A stretch of 64,000 bases of DNA from Bacilli bacterium (GTDB taxonomy: Bacteria > Bacillota_I > Bacilli_A > RFN20 > CAG-826), in assembly GCA_034185265.1 (NCBI GenBank), contig JAXFZD010000021.1, positions 5,734 through 69,733 of the forward strand, in the 5' to 3' direction. The notes beneath the pieces were generated by a model. The model saw only the letters and a list, made by a program, of their open reading frames with translations, ran no database searches and was not told the origin of the DNA. A program made the position numbers and the translations under genes. Of the stretch, positions 40,201 to 47,459 are shown one piece after another. Position 1 is the stretch's first letter. Each line of letters starts with the position of its first letter.

Positions 40201-41293
40201 TGGTGGGCAATTTAACGATTATTTAAAAGATCATTCTGTCTCAGGAATCATTGAAATGCTTAGAATTTCTTCAATGTTTAGTAAGATTGAAGTTGAAGAT
40301 GCTAGTGGAATCGTTAGAGGAAGATCAGTTACTTTAGGTTCATTAATGTCTTACGAATCTTCATTTAGTGGATCTAACAAAATTAAGATTAACATGACTG
40401 ATTATTTCTCTATTTCTGTTGGAGATACTCATACTTCATTAGTTGAATTAGAACGTTCTCTTTCTGAAGTTAGCTCTCCTGCTCAATCAGAAGAACTTGG
40501 ACATTGGATCGATAACCATATTCTTGATGCTGGTTTAATGAGAACATATATCGACTTAATTGGTGATGAAGTCTTTGAATCAGCAATTTCCGATGCTCAA
40601 AAAGCTGTCATTTTCTACACAATGTCTACTCAATATTTATATGGAAATCTTGCAATAGATGCTAGTGCAAGAACAATGAGAGACGTAATTGCAGATCTTG
40701 TATATTCTGTTTCTATTGAAAATGAAAATAGATCGACATATAGATTTGCTAGAAATATTGTTGCTGGTGTTTATAAAGGATTATCTTCTGCCGCATTAAA
40801 TTACATTAATTTACCAAATCAGGTTAGATCGTCCTTTGCTTATCCAACAACTTTAAGAATTAATGTTTTACCTGCTTCAGAAAGAACTATCTTTGTTGAT
40901 GCTTATGGAACTATTAATGATGGTGTTTGTAATTACGATTTCGCAATGTTTGACAATGCTAATATGTGCAAATCCTTATCATATATAGTTAATTTCACTC
41001 ATGAAGTATATGTTGGAGTTACTTCTGAAACTAAAGATACAATAACAAATATTTATGCTCCAGTTTTAGATGCTGTTGGACAAAATGCTTTCTTAGATCA
41101 ATTCTATTTAGGCTACATGTACGATGCTCTTGTTAATAGGGGCAAGTATAAACTCGATCCAGGAACAATGAAATATACTGATCTTTACGATGTTGATAGA
41201 AGCAAAAACACTACTGAAACATTTGTAAACTACATCGATAGTTTGGTCCCGAATGTTTCATTTAGCTACGCATTAGTTGCTTCAGTTTTATAA
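34247..41293 (+). CDS. giant (2348 aa) polytopic membrane protein, unknown function
   Basis: An uninterrupted ORF behind AAGGAG. It has at least four N-terminal TM helices within the first ~240 aa, then ~1950 aa of largely helical sequence with recurring motifs. No known domain recognised. Confidence 0.85.
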   Translation: MAKMNLLADMSGTISMVETILLCVGIGLIVVLVLCFLRGLLRGWKYGTYRLVFIGILIAIAVCILGSVSQAIGEFNISNFVGKISFNLNNKTVVVTPQTVFQTLKDLIYGIADAYNVKSSPAELLNYSYALASSTLKLLTLAAEMLIIIIIGQLLCLLFWHVLFKRIFMRKERAAKKAAKLQKQQMGVDGTVQGTGEVKKYRKLRLVSAFEEFVLATVCVCLFLMPFTAIASAVKNNFKVKNEDLNGNEILINVNNMLNAYDNSIMSKIFFDWTKGDGTKSLDMSLMDFLGTGEYGTVKTSLINEVSNIASVGGKVVNSGLLKSFNQSGGIKWYMLLTCSTIPEIITTIANVDLVKIVLPFAVNIAMNMEDVKNVLGEETIAYLTDEKNQINWTNELKNLSTVYQNLLDSGLFNCIVEEDEYLKIPRFNLKQVYELISSDSTKTQIHNLTNNLNDSKVLNRIVTGLTYTMSTKEEVNDDPDVVTVGLSDFLPKEGGNVSYNKMTSMDWFRELRIVYDGFYDLNKVNPTQVKKLFDDVPSYYDPEQPVDSSEEEGYIKFGPVKIKTNSLTDVVIDNVSGITDILVGKFNNTEPIVDAKGNSTQGNCMLDSDLLANGMPKILDVIEKTVNDSSETKINLDDARAALNSEDTPTLKKNFKKEYKHVLEVLGDFAATDDGKAFLKDLENHPGLYFDPTGALYDVKESLVDSLMEGIQNVDNSLILTGIIPAFADNLLTSFKESLTDLGMSEFKFPKQNLGTELSKLFSILKYSKNVVLNSSQINSLASAGHLLTNYSDELIHLIDTVAQSKILNPENVEVGGVTYAKNYNLTQLLNNIFSKLGDEEAKLTVDEVNSVSNLYNPINYRGEYLQPVSETSAESSLLVNFMKRLADSPSFDRLDKLSLDTTSLGTKIEIISTLNLEDIFTPVDDSYFLPKIMSSVLDKAFEEVLDLKNLGMTGQVSFKNIAKGHWQAEGRYFNSIIYAASNGLDLANLNFLTVDSNLLSEVLVNLASSNIFVQNGEYVFPKFLYNKLIMSMDKDYLGYVCDPYVTQAQIDQACASSATIVDKQELTTGLQGDILSLSSKSDWLGEGKEIERLTRTLNGLNAIGGPEKIEKFNYESLPLFSQVLKDINECRSFGRVVLYNACKTAISDVDLKQTVGDESIIVMSDANTIYLWEASREARTQEINDMVDIFYRLYDPHYGLIQSEKGSSTFSLGNIDPDYLLEPLLKGMKASTIFGVRGHDEHGKQNAYSIFEELMIEFVARAGVYADAGKTAPYYAPINLQTNKSISEMVLDVSEANGWEAEIDSIVKLVKDLKSSPFLNSSGGIDFSMFSKKDFFQGNPAYLESVSTSLNLIMNDINSSEVLYRCLPSKLETPMKQVGDPGSDLRNILGKADFYYTTNGESDPEKIDYGKFSTEEIDNFINSIFTLGKLSNANFTNLSTIDFETLTDGIALMGPSGIFNSKKDGEGLTSFTAIIKRVLNIEKLGQYLYMESSPKDAYHISQGHYNSYEGKVLYTINNVFGQYKYDSAKLKTQIYKYINGRNDTSLYSLLNKITNPRISSILDSSTTDLQNLSYEDSYYLLSALNNNEFFYDAVPNLLAKLTTNTSYKVENIFLDSANIFYHYDQANNKYDAKFDDSELSIVLIIFNELKSAQSVLNTMDLNSIDLDLIHNLLVDMSNSEIFHEAGAYKNGSGYGDFVYNAVTDKVEKTKMSIYEQFMFNLYKKSSLGKQDYQEGIDYEYYSKYGASAQYYKLYDSISNFNGSWLKEVDTLIGKDSEPTLGFLSYAKSLGFATTGSVNYSNETLSKLNPDNLMILFGKLNDLSITSDAARNTMASLLTSDGGSNGIGLNKYSAYVDTAAGNITNFTNVTKDDVPVKVNYISSITESTYQIRSVVGNYDLSGLVSVSENAGVYTYDLHKLTDKYVITFATQLDSATVSYDSLYYLQTKDEMTNKDMIGLHAFLQSAWHDNGDGTGSYFEFKTNAGGQFNDYLKDHSVSGIIEMLRISSMFSKIEVEDASGIVRGRSVTLGSLMSYESSFSGSNKIKINMTDYFSISVGDTHTSLVELERSLSEVSSPAQSEELGHWIDNHILDAGLMRTYIDLIGDEVFESAISDAQKAVIFYTMSTQYLYGNLAIDASARTMRDVIADLVYSVSIENENRSTYRFARNIVAGVYKGLSSAALNYINLPNQVRSSFAYPTTLRINVLPASERTIFVDAYGTINDGVCNYDFAMFDNANMCKSLSYIVNFTHEVYVGVTSETKDTITNIYAPVLDAVGQNAFLDQFYLGYMYDALVNRGKYKLDPGTMKYTDLYDVDRSKNTTETFVNYIDSLVPNVSFSYALVASVL

Positions 41294-41302
41294 TAATCAT
41301 TC

Positions 41303-41899
41303 ATGGTTATTTATGCTTATCATAAAGAAAAAATAGAAGTGCTGTCTTCAATCTTTATTTGCGTAGGATTTCCTCTACTTAAGGAAGAAGACTTCGCTTC
41401 TATTTATAAGCAAATCAAGGAAGAATATCCTAAAGCTGCCCATTATCCATACGCTTTTATTGTAAATAATTACATTAAATCAAGTGATGATGGAGAACCT
41501 TCTAACGCAGCGAGTAAGAACCTAGTTCTTCTACTTAAAGAAAAAGGGTTCAACTATTCCGGATTAATTATTATTCGTTACTTTGGAGGAACTAAGCTTG
41601 GTCTTCCTAGACTTAGAAGAACATTCCTAGATGTAGCTAAACTTACTCTAGATAACGCTCCTAAAGGAGAAATAAAGAAGCTAAATTATTATTCCTTAAG
41701 TTTATCTTATTCGGAATTTGATTACCTTAAACGCATCGCGAATAAATATGAAGTTGAGATCTTAAATAGCTTATTTGAAGTTGACGTTAAAGTAGAAATT
41801 AAAACTGTTTTAGATAAACAAAAGATTATCGATATATTTAAACTTAGTGAACAGAATATCTTAAAAAGTGAAGAAAAAGAGGAGGTTGTTAAGTTATGA
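41303..41899 (+). CDS. yigZ: YigZ/IMPACT-family (UPF0029) protein
   Basis: The IIIRYFGGTKLG motif and preceding ..SDDGEPS..A.. are typical of the IMPACT N-terminal domain. Confidence 0.7.
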   Translation: MVIYAYHKEKIEVLSSIFICVGFPLLKEEDFASIYKQIKEEYPKAAHYPYAFIVNNYIKSSDDGEPSNAASKNLVLLLKEKGFNYSGLIIIRYFGGTKLGLPRLRRTFLDVAKLTLDNAPKGEIKKLNYYSLSLSYSEFDYLKRIANKYEVEILNSLFEVDVKVEIKTVLDKQKIIDIFKLSEQNILKSEEKEEVVKL

Positions 41900-43164
41900 T
41901 TCCTAGTGATGAATACGCTTCTAGACGTAAATTACTTTTTTCTAAAATGAAGGATAATTCAGCCTGTATTCTTTTTTCTGGCCAAGAAATAACTAAATCT
42001 GCTTCAAGCAAATATCCATTCTTTGTAAATCGAAATTTCTATTATTTAACGGGGATTTGCCGGGATAATTGCATTTTATTGCTTATTAAAAGTGCTTCAG
42101 AATTAAAAGAATTTCTCTTTATAGAAGAGGATAACGAAGCTAAAGAAAAGTTTACTGGAAAAAGATTATCTTTTGAAAAAGCCGAGATTCTTAGTGGGAT
42201 TCAAAACTGTTTATTGATCTCTTCTTTCAACTCTAGAATTAACTTTTATCTTTCTCCAACTAACTTAGTTGATGCTCTAGATACTTTATATTTAGATGAC
42301 TATGAAAATGTAGATTTAAAGATATTTGATAATATGTATCTTAAAGATTATTCAGCGACCATCTTTAACGAATATCCTAACGTAGAAATAGTTGACATCC
42401 ACGATACTTTAGCTGCTTTAAGAAATATTAAATCTAACTTAGAAGTCAATGAAATCAAAGAAGCTGTAAGAAGAAATATTATTTCTATGCAAGCTACAAT
42501 GAAAGAAATTAGACCTAATCAGAAACTTTATGAATTAGGTATTAAATACATAAATTCTTCTCTAGAAAACAATGAATATGAGGATTTTCCAGTTGATCCT
42601 GTTTTAGCTATAAATAAAGATGCGTGTATTTTAAAAAATAGAAATTATGCAGAAAGATTAGGAAATGGAGATCTAGTTTTACTTGAAGGATGCGCTACTT
42701 CTAATTTATATAATTCACGTTTATGTAGGGTTTATCCTAGCGGAGGAACTTTCGATAACGTGCAAAAGAAGATCTATAGAATCGTTTTAATGTGTGAGAA
42801 CGTCTTGATTAATAGCTTGAATTTAGGGGTACCGTTAAGTGAAATTCAAGCAATTGGTTATCAATTTTTAGCTAGAGAATGTCAAAAAGAAGGCTTAATT
42901 AATAAACCAGAAGACATAAAAAAGCATATTTATCATAACTTGATTCAAAATGTTGGTTTAGATATTCCTGATTTAGGTAATAAAAACCAAGTTATTGAAA
43001 AAGGAAATATTCTTTCTATTTCTCCAGGTCTATATTTCCCATCATTAAATATAGGAATTAGGTTATCTGATATGGTTTATGTTAATGGGAAGGGAAATGA
43101 GATTTTATCTAATTCTTTAATAAAAGAAATCGATGAAATAGAGCAATTCTATAGAGGAAACTAG
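41896..43164 (+). CDS. M24 (Xaa-Pro peptidase) homolog with all metal ligands substituted (predicted pseudo-peptidase)
   Basis: The pita-bread fold pattern is retained, but the metal-binding positions read LLEGCA (D to E), YNSRLCRVY (D to R), YHNLIQNVGLDIPD (GH..HE lost), SISPGLY (E to S) and IRLSDMV (E to S). ATGA overlap with yigZ. Confidence 0.75.
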   Translation: MIPSDEYASRRKLLFSKMKDNSACILFSGQEITKSASSKYPFFVNRNFYYLTGICRDNCILLLIKSASELKEFLFIEEDNEAKEKFTGKRLSFEKAEILSGIQNCLLISSFNSRINFYLSPTNLVDALDTLYLDDYENVDLKIFDNMYLKDYSATIFNEYPNVEIVDIHDTLAALRNIKSNLEVNEIKEAVRRNIISMQATMKEIRPNQKLYELGIKYINSSLENNEYEDFPVDPVLAINKDACILKNRNYAERLGNGDLVLLEGCATSNLYNSRLCRVYPSGGTFDNVQKKIYRIVLMCENVLINSLNLGVPLSEIQAIGYQFLARECQKEGLINKPEDIKKHIYHNLIQNVGLDIPDLGNKNQVIEKGNILSISPGLYFPSLNIGIRLSDMVYVNGKGNEILSNSLIKEIDEIEQFYRGN

Positions 43165-43165
43165 G

Positions 43166-44650
43166 ATGAAAACTTACATTTTATCTATCGATCAAGGAAC
43201 AACTTCAACTAGAGCTGTATTAATTAATAAGCAAGGAAATGTTTGCTTTCAAGCAAGTAGACCTATTGAATGTCTTTATCCTAAACCTGGCTGGGTAGAA
43301 CAAGATCCTGATAGAATTTGGATAAGTGTTATAGATGTTATAAATGAAGTTTTAGTAGTCTCTGGGGCTAGTTTTGAAGATATTATTTCTATAGGAATTA
43401 CCAATCAAAGAGAAACTTCTATTGTTTGGGATAAAAAGACCGGTAAGGCTGTTTATAATGCAATTGTTTGGCAATCTAAACAAACTCAATCTTTATGTGA
43501 TTCTAAGTTAGACAAAATGGAATTTATCCAAAATAAAACGGGTTTACGTATGAATTCGTATTTTTCGGCATCAAAAATTAGATATATTTTGGACCATATT
43601 GTTAAAGGACAAGAAAGAGCTGAAAAAGGTGAACTTTTATTTGGAACGGTTGATACATGGATAATTTATAAGATGACAAAGGGCAAAAATCATCTAACCG
43701 ACTATAGTAATGCTTCTAGAACGCTCTTATTTAATATATTTGATTTAAAATGGGATGATGAATTATTAGCTTTATGGAATATTCCTAAAGCTATGTTACC
43801 TAAAGTTCAGAATAATAGTGCTGACTATGGAATAGCTGAATTCTTTAGCAATAATGTGCATATTAATGGCGTTGCTGGGGACCAACAAGCAGCTTTATTT
43901 GGACAATGCTGTTTTAATAAAGGTGACTCTAAGAATACTTATGGAACAGGATGCTTCATGTTGATGAATGTTGGAGATAAGCCTCTTATTTCTAAAGGAG
44001 GATTATTAACGACTATTGCCTGGAGAGAAAATGATAAAGTTACTTATGCTCTAGAAGGTTCGGTTTTTATTGGCGGGGCAATAGTTCAGTGGCTTAGAGA
44101 CCAGACTAAATGGTTTGAAAACTCTGCAAATTCCGAGTATTTTTGTAAAAAAGTTCCTGATACTGGAGGAATTTATTTTGTTCCAGCTTTTGTTGGACTA
44201 GGAACTCCATGGTGGGATGATGATGCTAGAGGAGCTATATTTGGGATGACTAGAGGAACCAATGCTCATCATATTGCTAGAGCTGGCTTATTCTCTATTG
44301 CATATCAATCTAAAGACGTAATTGAACTTATGAAAAATGAAGCTAAATTAGAACTTTCTTCATTAAGAGTCGATGGAGGAGCTTCTCATAATAACTTATT
44401 AATGCAGTTCCAGTCAGACATTCTTCAATGCAAAGTTGTTTTACCAAAAAGTTTAGAAACTACAGCTCTAGGAGCAGCTTATTTCGCTGGATTAGATGTA
44501 GGATTTTGGAAAGATAAAGAAGAAATTAAGAAGAATCAAAAAATTTCCCAAACATTTAAACCTGCTATGGGAAAAGAAGAAGCTAACAAATTATATAAAG
44601 GATGGCTTTGTGCTGTTAAATCCACAAGAGAATTTAAACCTGAAAATTAA
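43166..44650 (+). CDS. glpK: glycerol kinase
   Basis: YILSIDQGTTSTRAVL, ITNQRETSIVWD, GDQQAALFGQ and YGTGCFM motifs. Confidence 0.95.
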   Translation: MKTYILSIDQGTTSTRAVLINKQGNVCFQASRPIECLYPKPGWVEQDPDRIWISVIDVINEVLVVSGASFEDIISIGITNQRETSIVWDKKTGKAVYNAIVWQSKQTQSLCDSKLDKMEFIQNKTGLRMNSYFSASKIRYILDHIVKGQERAEKGELLFGTVDTWIIYKMTKGKNHLTDYSNASRTLLFNIFDLKWDDELLALWNIPKAMLPKVQNNSADYGIAEFFSNNVHINGVAGDQQAALFGQCCFNKGDSKNTYGTGCFMLMNVGDKPLISKGGLLTTIAWRENDKVTYALEGSVFIGGAIVQWLRDQTKWFENSANSEYFCKKVPDTGGIYFVPAFVGLGTPWWDDDARGAIFGMTRGTNAHHIARAGLFSIAYQSKDVIELMKNEAKLELSSLRVDGGASHNNLLMQFQSDILQCKVVLPKSLETTALGAAYFAGLDVGFWKDKEEIKKNQKISQTFKPAMGKEEANKLYKGWLCAVKSTREFKPEN

Positions 44651-45198
44651 TTTGAATCCAAGAACCATTTTTCGATTCGTCGACATAAAGGGTAGCAAAC
44701 AATCGTTAAAACAACGGTTGTTATTAAGCTTGTAACGAATCTTAATATTGTTGAAATCCAGGTAATTGCGGCATCATATTCAAATATAAGTCCGTCAATA
44801 TAGGTGGCTAAAGTGTTAGCGCCAGTAACAACAAGTCCAGCTACAATCGAAGTAATTCCAAAAATTACCTTATGATTAGATAGTCTATCATTTTTCTTAA
44901 AGAAAATTTGAGAGACGATTCCAATTACAACAGCCCTAAGAATTGGTGGAATCATCCACATTGGGGTAGTTATTGAAATTCCATACTGGAATACTTGCAT
45001 TAAGAAAGATCCTAAAGTTGCAACAGCAAGTCCATCGATTAGGCCGAAGCTAGCAGCAACAAAAATAACTGGAAGTCCAGAGAAAGCGATTTTTCCATTT
45101 ATTCCTGGTAAAGGAATTGAAATATAAGAAAGCACTATATAAAGTGCTGTAAGCATTCCATAGAGTGTTATTCTATGCGTAATTGATAGTTTTCCCAA
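44647..45198 (-). CDS. folT: ECF-transporter substrate-specific (S) component, folate family inferred from the riboswitch
   Basis: 183 aa with six hydrophobic helices. TTG start 6 nt after GGAGG. It lies immediately downstream of a THF riboswitch. Confidence 0.75.
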   Translation of the reverse strand: MGKLSITHRITLYGMLTALYIVLSYISIPLPGINGKIAFSGLPVIFVAASFGLIDGLAVATLGSFLMQVFQYGISITTPMWMIPPILRAVVIGIVSQIFFKKNDRLSNHKVIFGITSIVAGLVVTGANTLATYIDGLIFEYDAAITWISTILRFVTSLITTVVLTIVCYPLCRRIEKWFLDSN

Positions 45199-45205
45199 AA
45201 GAAGT

Positions 45206-45219
45206 CCTCCTTCGGGAGG
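45206..45219 (-). promoter_or_regulatory. SD-sequestering hairpin of the riboswitch expression platform
   Basis: On the minus strand, CCUCC-CGAA-GGAGG, in which GGAGG is the folT ribosome-binding site. Confidence 0.5.
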
Positions 45220-45227
45220 TTAAACAA

Positions 45228-45322
45228 GTTAAGCGGCTGCGATAAATGACCGCAGAATTTCTTCTTTCGTCCTAAGGCAACCTCCCATCCTTAGGCACTT
45301 GACGTCATTTACCTACTCTTAA
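45228..45322 (-). promoter_or_regulatory. THF (tetrahydrofolate, folT-motif) riboswitch aptamer
   Basis: Minus strand AGAGUAGGUAAAUGACGUCAAGUGCCUAAGGAUGGGAGGUUGCCUUAGGACGAAAGAAGAAAUUCUGCGGUCAUUUAUCGCAGCCGCUU. This parallels the Eubacterium siraeum THF aptamer as I recall it (GAGAGUAG..GCGUUAAGUG..AAUGGGAUGUC..ACGAAGCGAGAGCGCGGUGAAUCAUUGCAUCCGCUC). Confidence 0.85.
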
Positions 45323-45334
45323 TTTGGCTTCTGT

Positions 45335-45362
45335 ATCTTACAACTTTTATTATTTTCTTCAA
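45335..45362 (-). promoter_or_regulatory. candidate sigma-A promoter of the riboswitch-folT unit
   Basis: On the minus strand, TTGAAG-(16 nt)-TAAGAT. This places a transcription start a few nt before the aptamer. Confidence 0.35.
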
Positions 45363-45429
45363 GAAAATATAAAAAATATAAATTAAATTATTGTAATAAA
45401 AATCGAGTTTTTTAAATTTTAAGCGGGTT

Positions 45430-46143
45430 TTACCGTGTTTTTGTTTCAATTATGGCTTTGAAACAACTCATTTCATTAACAAATCCTTGGACTTTGATAT
45501 CGTTATCTATATTGCCTTTTAAAACAATTTCTTCGTTTTCTTTAATCTCTTTATCATAATTTATTAAGATGCGCGTTATTTCGTGGGTTGAATAAAAAGA
45601 AGAATCCTTAAGATTTAAAATTGTTTCAATATATCTTGTATTGTTTAAATGTCCGTTTAAATCAATTTCAGAAAACTTGACTTTATGAACTCCTAATATG
45701 TGATCATCATCGATAACGACTTTTCCAGGTCTAGGAAGTTCTCCTTCTTTTGAAATTCCATCTTTTCCAATTATTGGAGGATTGAAACATACTGTTCTAT
45801 TTTTTGCATCCATTAGAACATTTATTGAGGAAGCTTTGATAAGAACATTTCCTTCTTCATCTAAGATTTGATAATGACGAGGGAAGAAACAGCCAAAAAT
45901 AGGTCCAGGATATGTAACACCTTTAACATTAGAAAGATATGAAGGAAGTTTTTCTATTTTAACTTCCATTCTTGTGTATACCCAAAGAAGTCCTTTGTCT
46001 ATTGTAGCCTCTTTTCCATATCCATTATATGTTGAACCTCTCATTCCTAGATCTTGTAGTATCTTGAATAATGAAGGAATTTTAAGTGTTAAGTCTGGGT
46101 TGACATCATTTGAATCTATAAAATAATTTTCTTCGTAAACCAT
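45430..46143 (-). CDS. acyl-ACP thioesterase
   Basis: Double hot-dog layout. It has an N-terminal ..Y.IDSNDVNPD..L.IPSLFKILQD segment and the second-domain motif EIDLNGHLNNTRYIE (D-x-N-x-H-V/L-N-N). Confidence 0.7.
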   Translation of the reverse strand: MVYEENYFIDSNDVNPDLTLKIPSLFKILQDLGMRGSTYNGYGKEATIDKGLLWVYTRMEVKIEKLPSYLSNVKGVTYPGPIFGCFFPRHYQILDEEGNVLIKASSINVLMDAKNRTVCFNPPIIGKDGISKEGELPRPGKVVIDDDHILGVHKVKFSEIDLNGHLNNTRYIETILNLKDSSFYSTHEITRILINYDKEIKENEEIVLKGNIDNDIKVQGFVNEMSCFKAIIETKTR

Positions 46144-46349
46144 ATAAAAATGATACTACATATTTTTATTTTTTTGAATCGAAGGGTAAAAATTGATTTA
46201 TTCTAATTATTTCAAAAATGTAAAAATCTGCAAAAATATGTCATTTTATGTATTTCTGTGGATTTTGTTTAATATTTTAGTGTCTTAACCGAAATAGATT
46301 TTCTATTTTATGTCTTATAAAATAGGTCGAATTAAAGTAAAATAAATTT

Positions 46350-47459
46350 ATGCCAACCAAAAGAGAAGATTTTGATAGCCTTTTAAGAGAACTCAAAGTT
46401 CCTGAATCTTTTAACTATGGGTTCCTTTTTACTGCTTTTGAATATGCAATGGAAGGTGCGGCTTCTATTTCACAACAAAATGCTTCTTTTATTTCTAACG
46501 GAATCAATCCTCTTGAGGTGGTTTTTTATCTTATAAACGAGCATTCTTTCTATATAAAAACTCATCCAAATCTAAACATGGATGAACTAATTAAGAATGA
46601 GCAATACCTTCAAATGCTTGCTTCTATTACTTTAGATAAGTATTTTACGAACGAACATCTTAATTATAAAATGGGGAATTTAACTTCAAGATTCTCCCCA
46701 GAAATGTCTACTTTAGACCTATATTTCAATTTTATATTAGGCATGCTATCTAGATATCAACATGGAAATCCTAGACAAACTCTTATAGTTGATATTATGA
46801 ATAAAGGTTTTCAGATAGGAAAATGTGTTTCTTCCTTACTAGAAGGAGGCTATGAAACCGAAGCTTTCTCAACTTGGAGAACTTTACATGAAAATGAATG
46901 TATTCTGGCAATCATTGTTAAATATGGGCCACCAGTTATTGAAGCTTATTTAAAGCATATGAGTTACGGAATAGCTTTTAGAGGTGGAATTCCTAGTAAA
47001 GAAGAGACGGATAAGATCTTTTTACAGATTAAATCCGAGATGAAAGTTCACGATTTAAAGTCTAAAGATATTAAGAAATTTATCGAATATGGCTGGCTTT
47101 TATCTGTTCCAGGAATTGAAAATGTTTCAGATTTCAAACTTAATTTTAGAGATGGAGTAGAAAGAGTAGCAGAACTCAATACATATTCAAAAGTCTATGA
47201 AATGTCTAGTGAAATAGCTCATTCATCCCCATTATTAATTTATTCTAGACGTGGGTATTTCTTCTATTTTACCTTACTTAATCTTTATGAGTCTTTCTTC
47301 CGCTTAGAGAAGATATTCACTTCTTTATATATGTCTAATGTTGAAGAAGAGCAAAGAAAAAAGTATGCGGAAATGAGAAAACTTTACTATTGGGAAGTAG
47401 TTGCTGCATATAATCAAATTAAAGAAAACTTTAAAAAATATAACGAAAAGAAAAATTAA
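46350..47459 (+). CDS. hypothetical protein
   Basis: 369-aa helical protein with no motif I can name. It follows a 206-bp AT-rich leader containing overlapping AT-only inverted repeats. Confidence 0.55.
   Translation: MPTKREDFDSLLRELKVPESFNYGFLFTAFEYAMEGAASISQQNASFISNGINPLEVVFYLINEHSFYIKTHPNLNMDELIKNEQYLQMLASITLDKYFTNEHLNYKMGNLTSRFSPEMSTLDLYFNFILGMLSRYQHGNPRQTLIVDIMNKGFQIGKCVSSLLEGGYETEAFSTWRTLHENECILAIIVKYGPPVIEAYLKHMSYGIAFRGGIPSKEETDKIFLQIKSEMKVHDLKSKDIKKFIEYGWLLSVPGIENVSDFKLNFRDGVERVAELNTYSKVYEMSSEIAHSSPLLIYSRRGYFFYFTLLNLYESFFRLEKIFTSLYMSNVEEEQRKKYAEMRKLYYWEVVAAYNQIKENFKKYNEKKN

Noticed and set aside
46292-46325. Overlapping inverted repeats AAATAGA-ttt-TCTATTT and CTATTTTAT-gtctt-ATAAAATAG upstream of the 369-aa ORF
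   Set aside because: The stems are almost all A/T (one G-C pair each) and of very low stability, in a ~90% AT leader. Such dyads arise easily by chance here, and there is no second copy or associated regulator. I do not call them regulatory.
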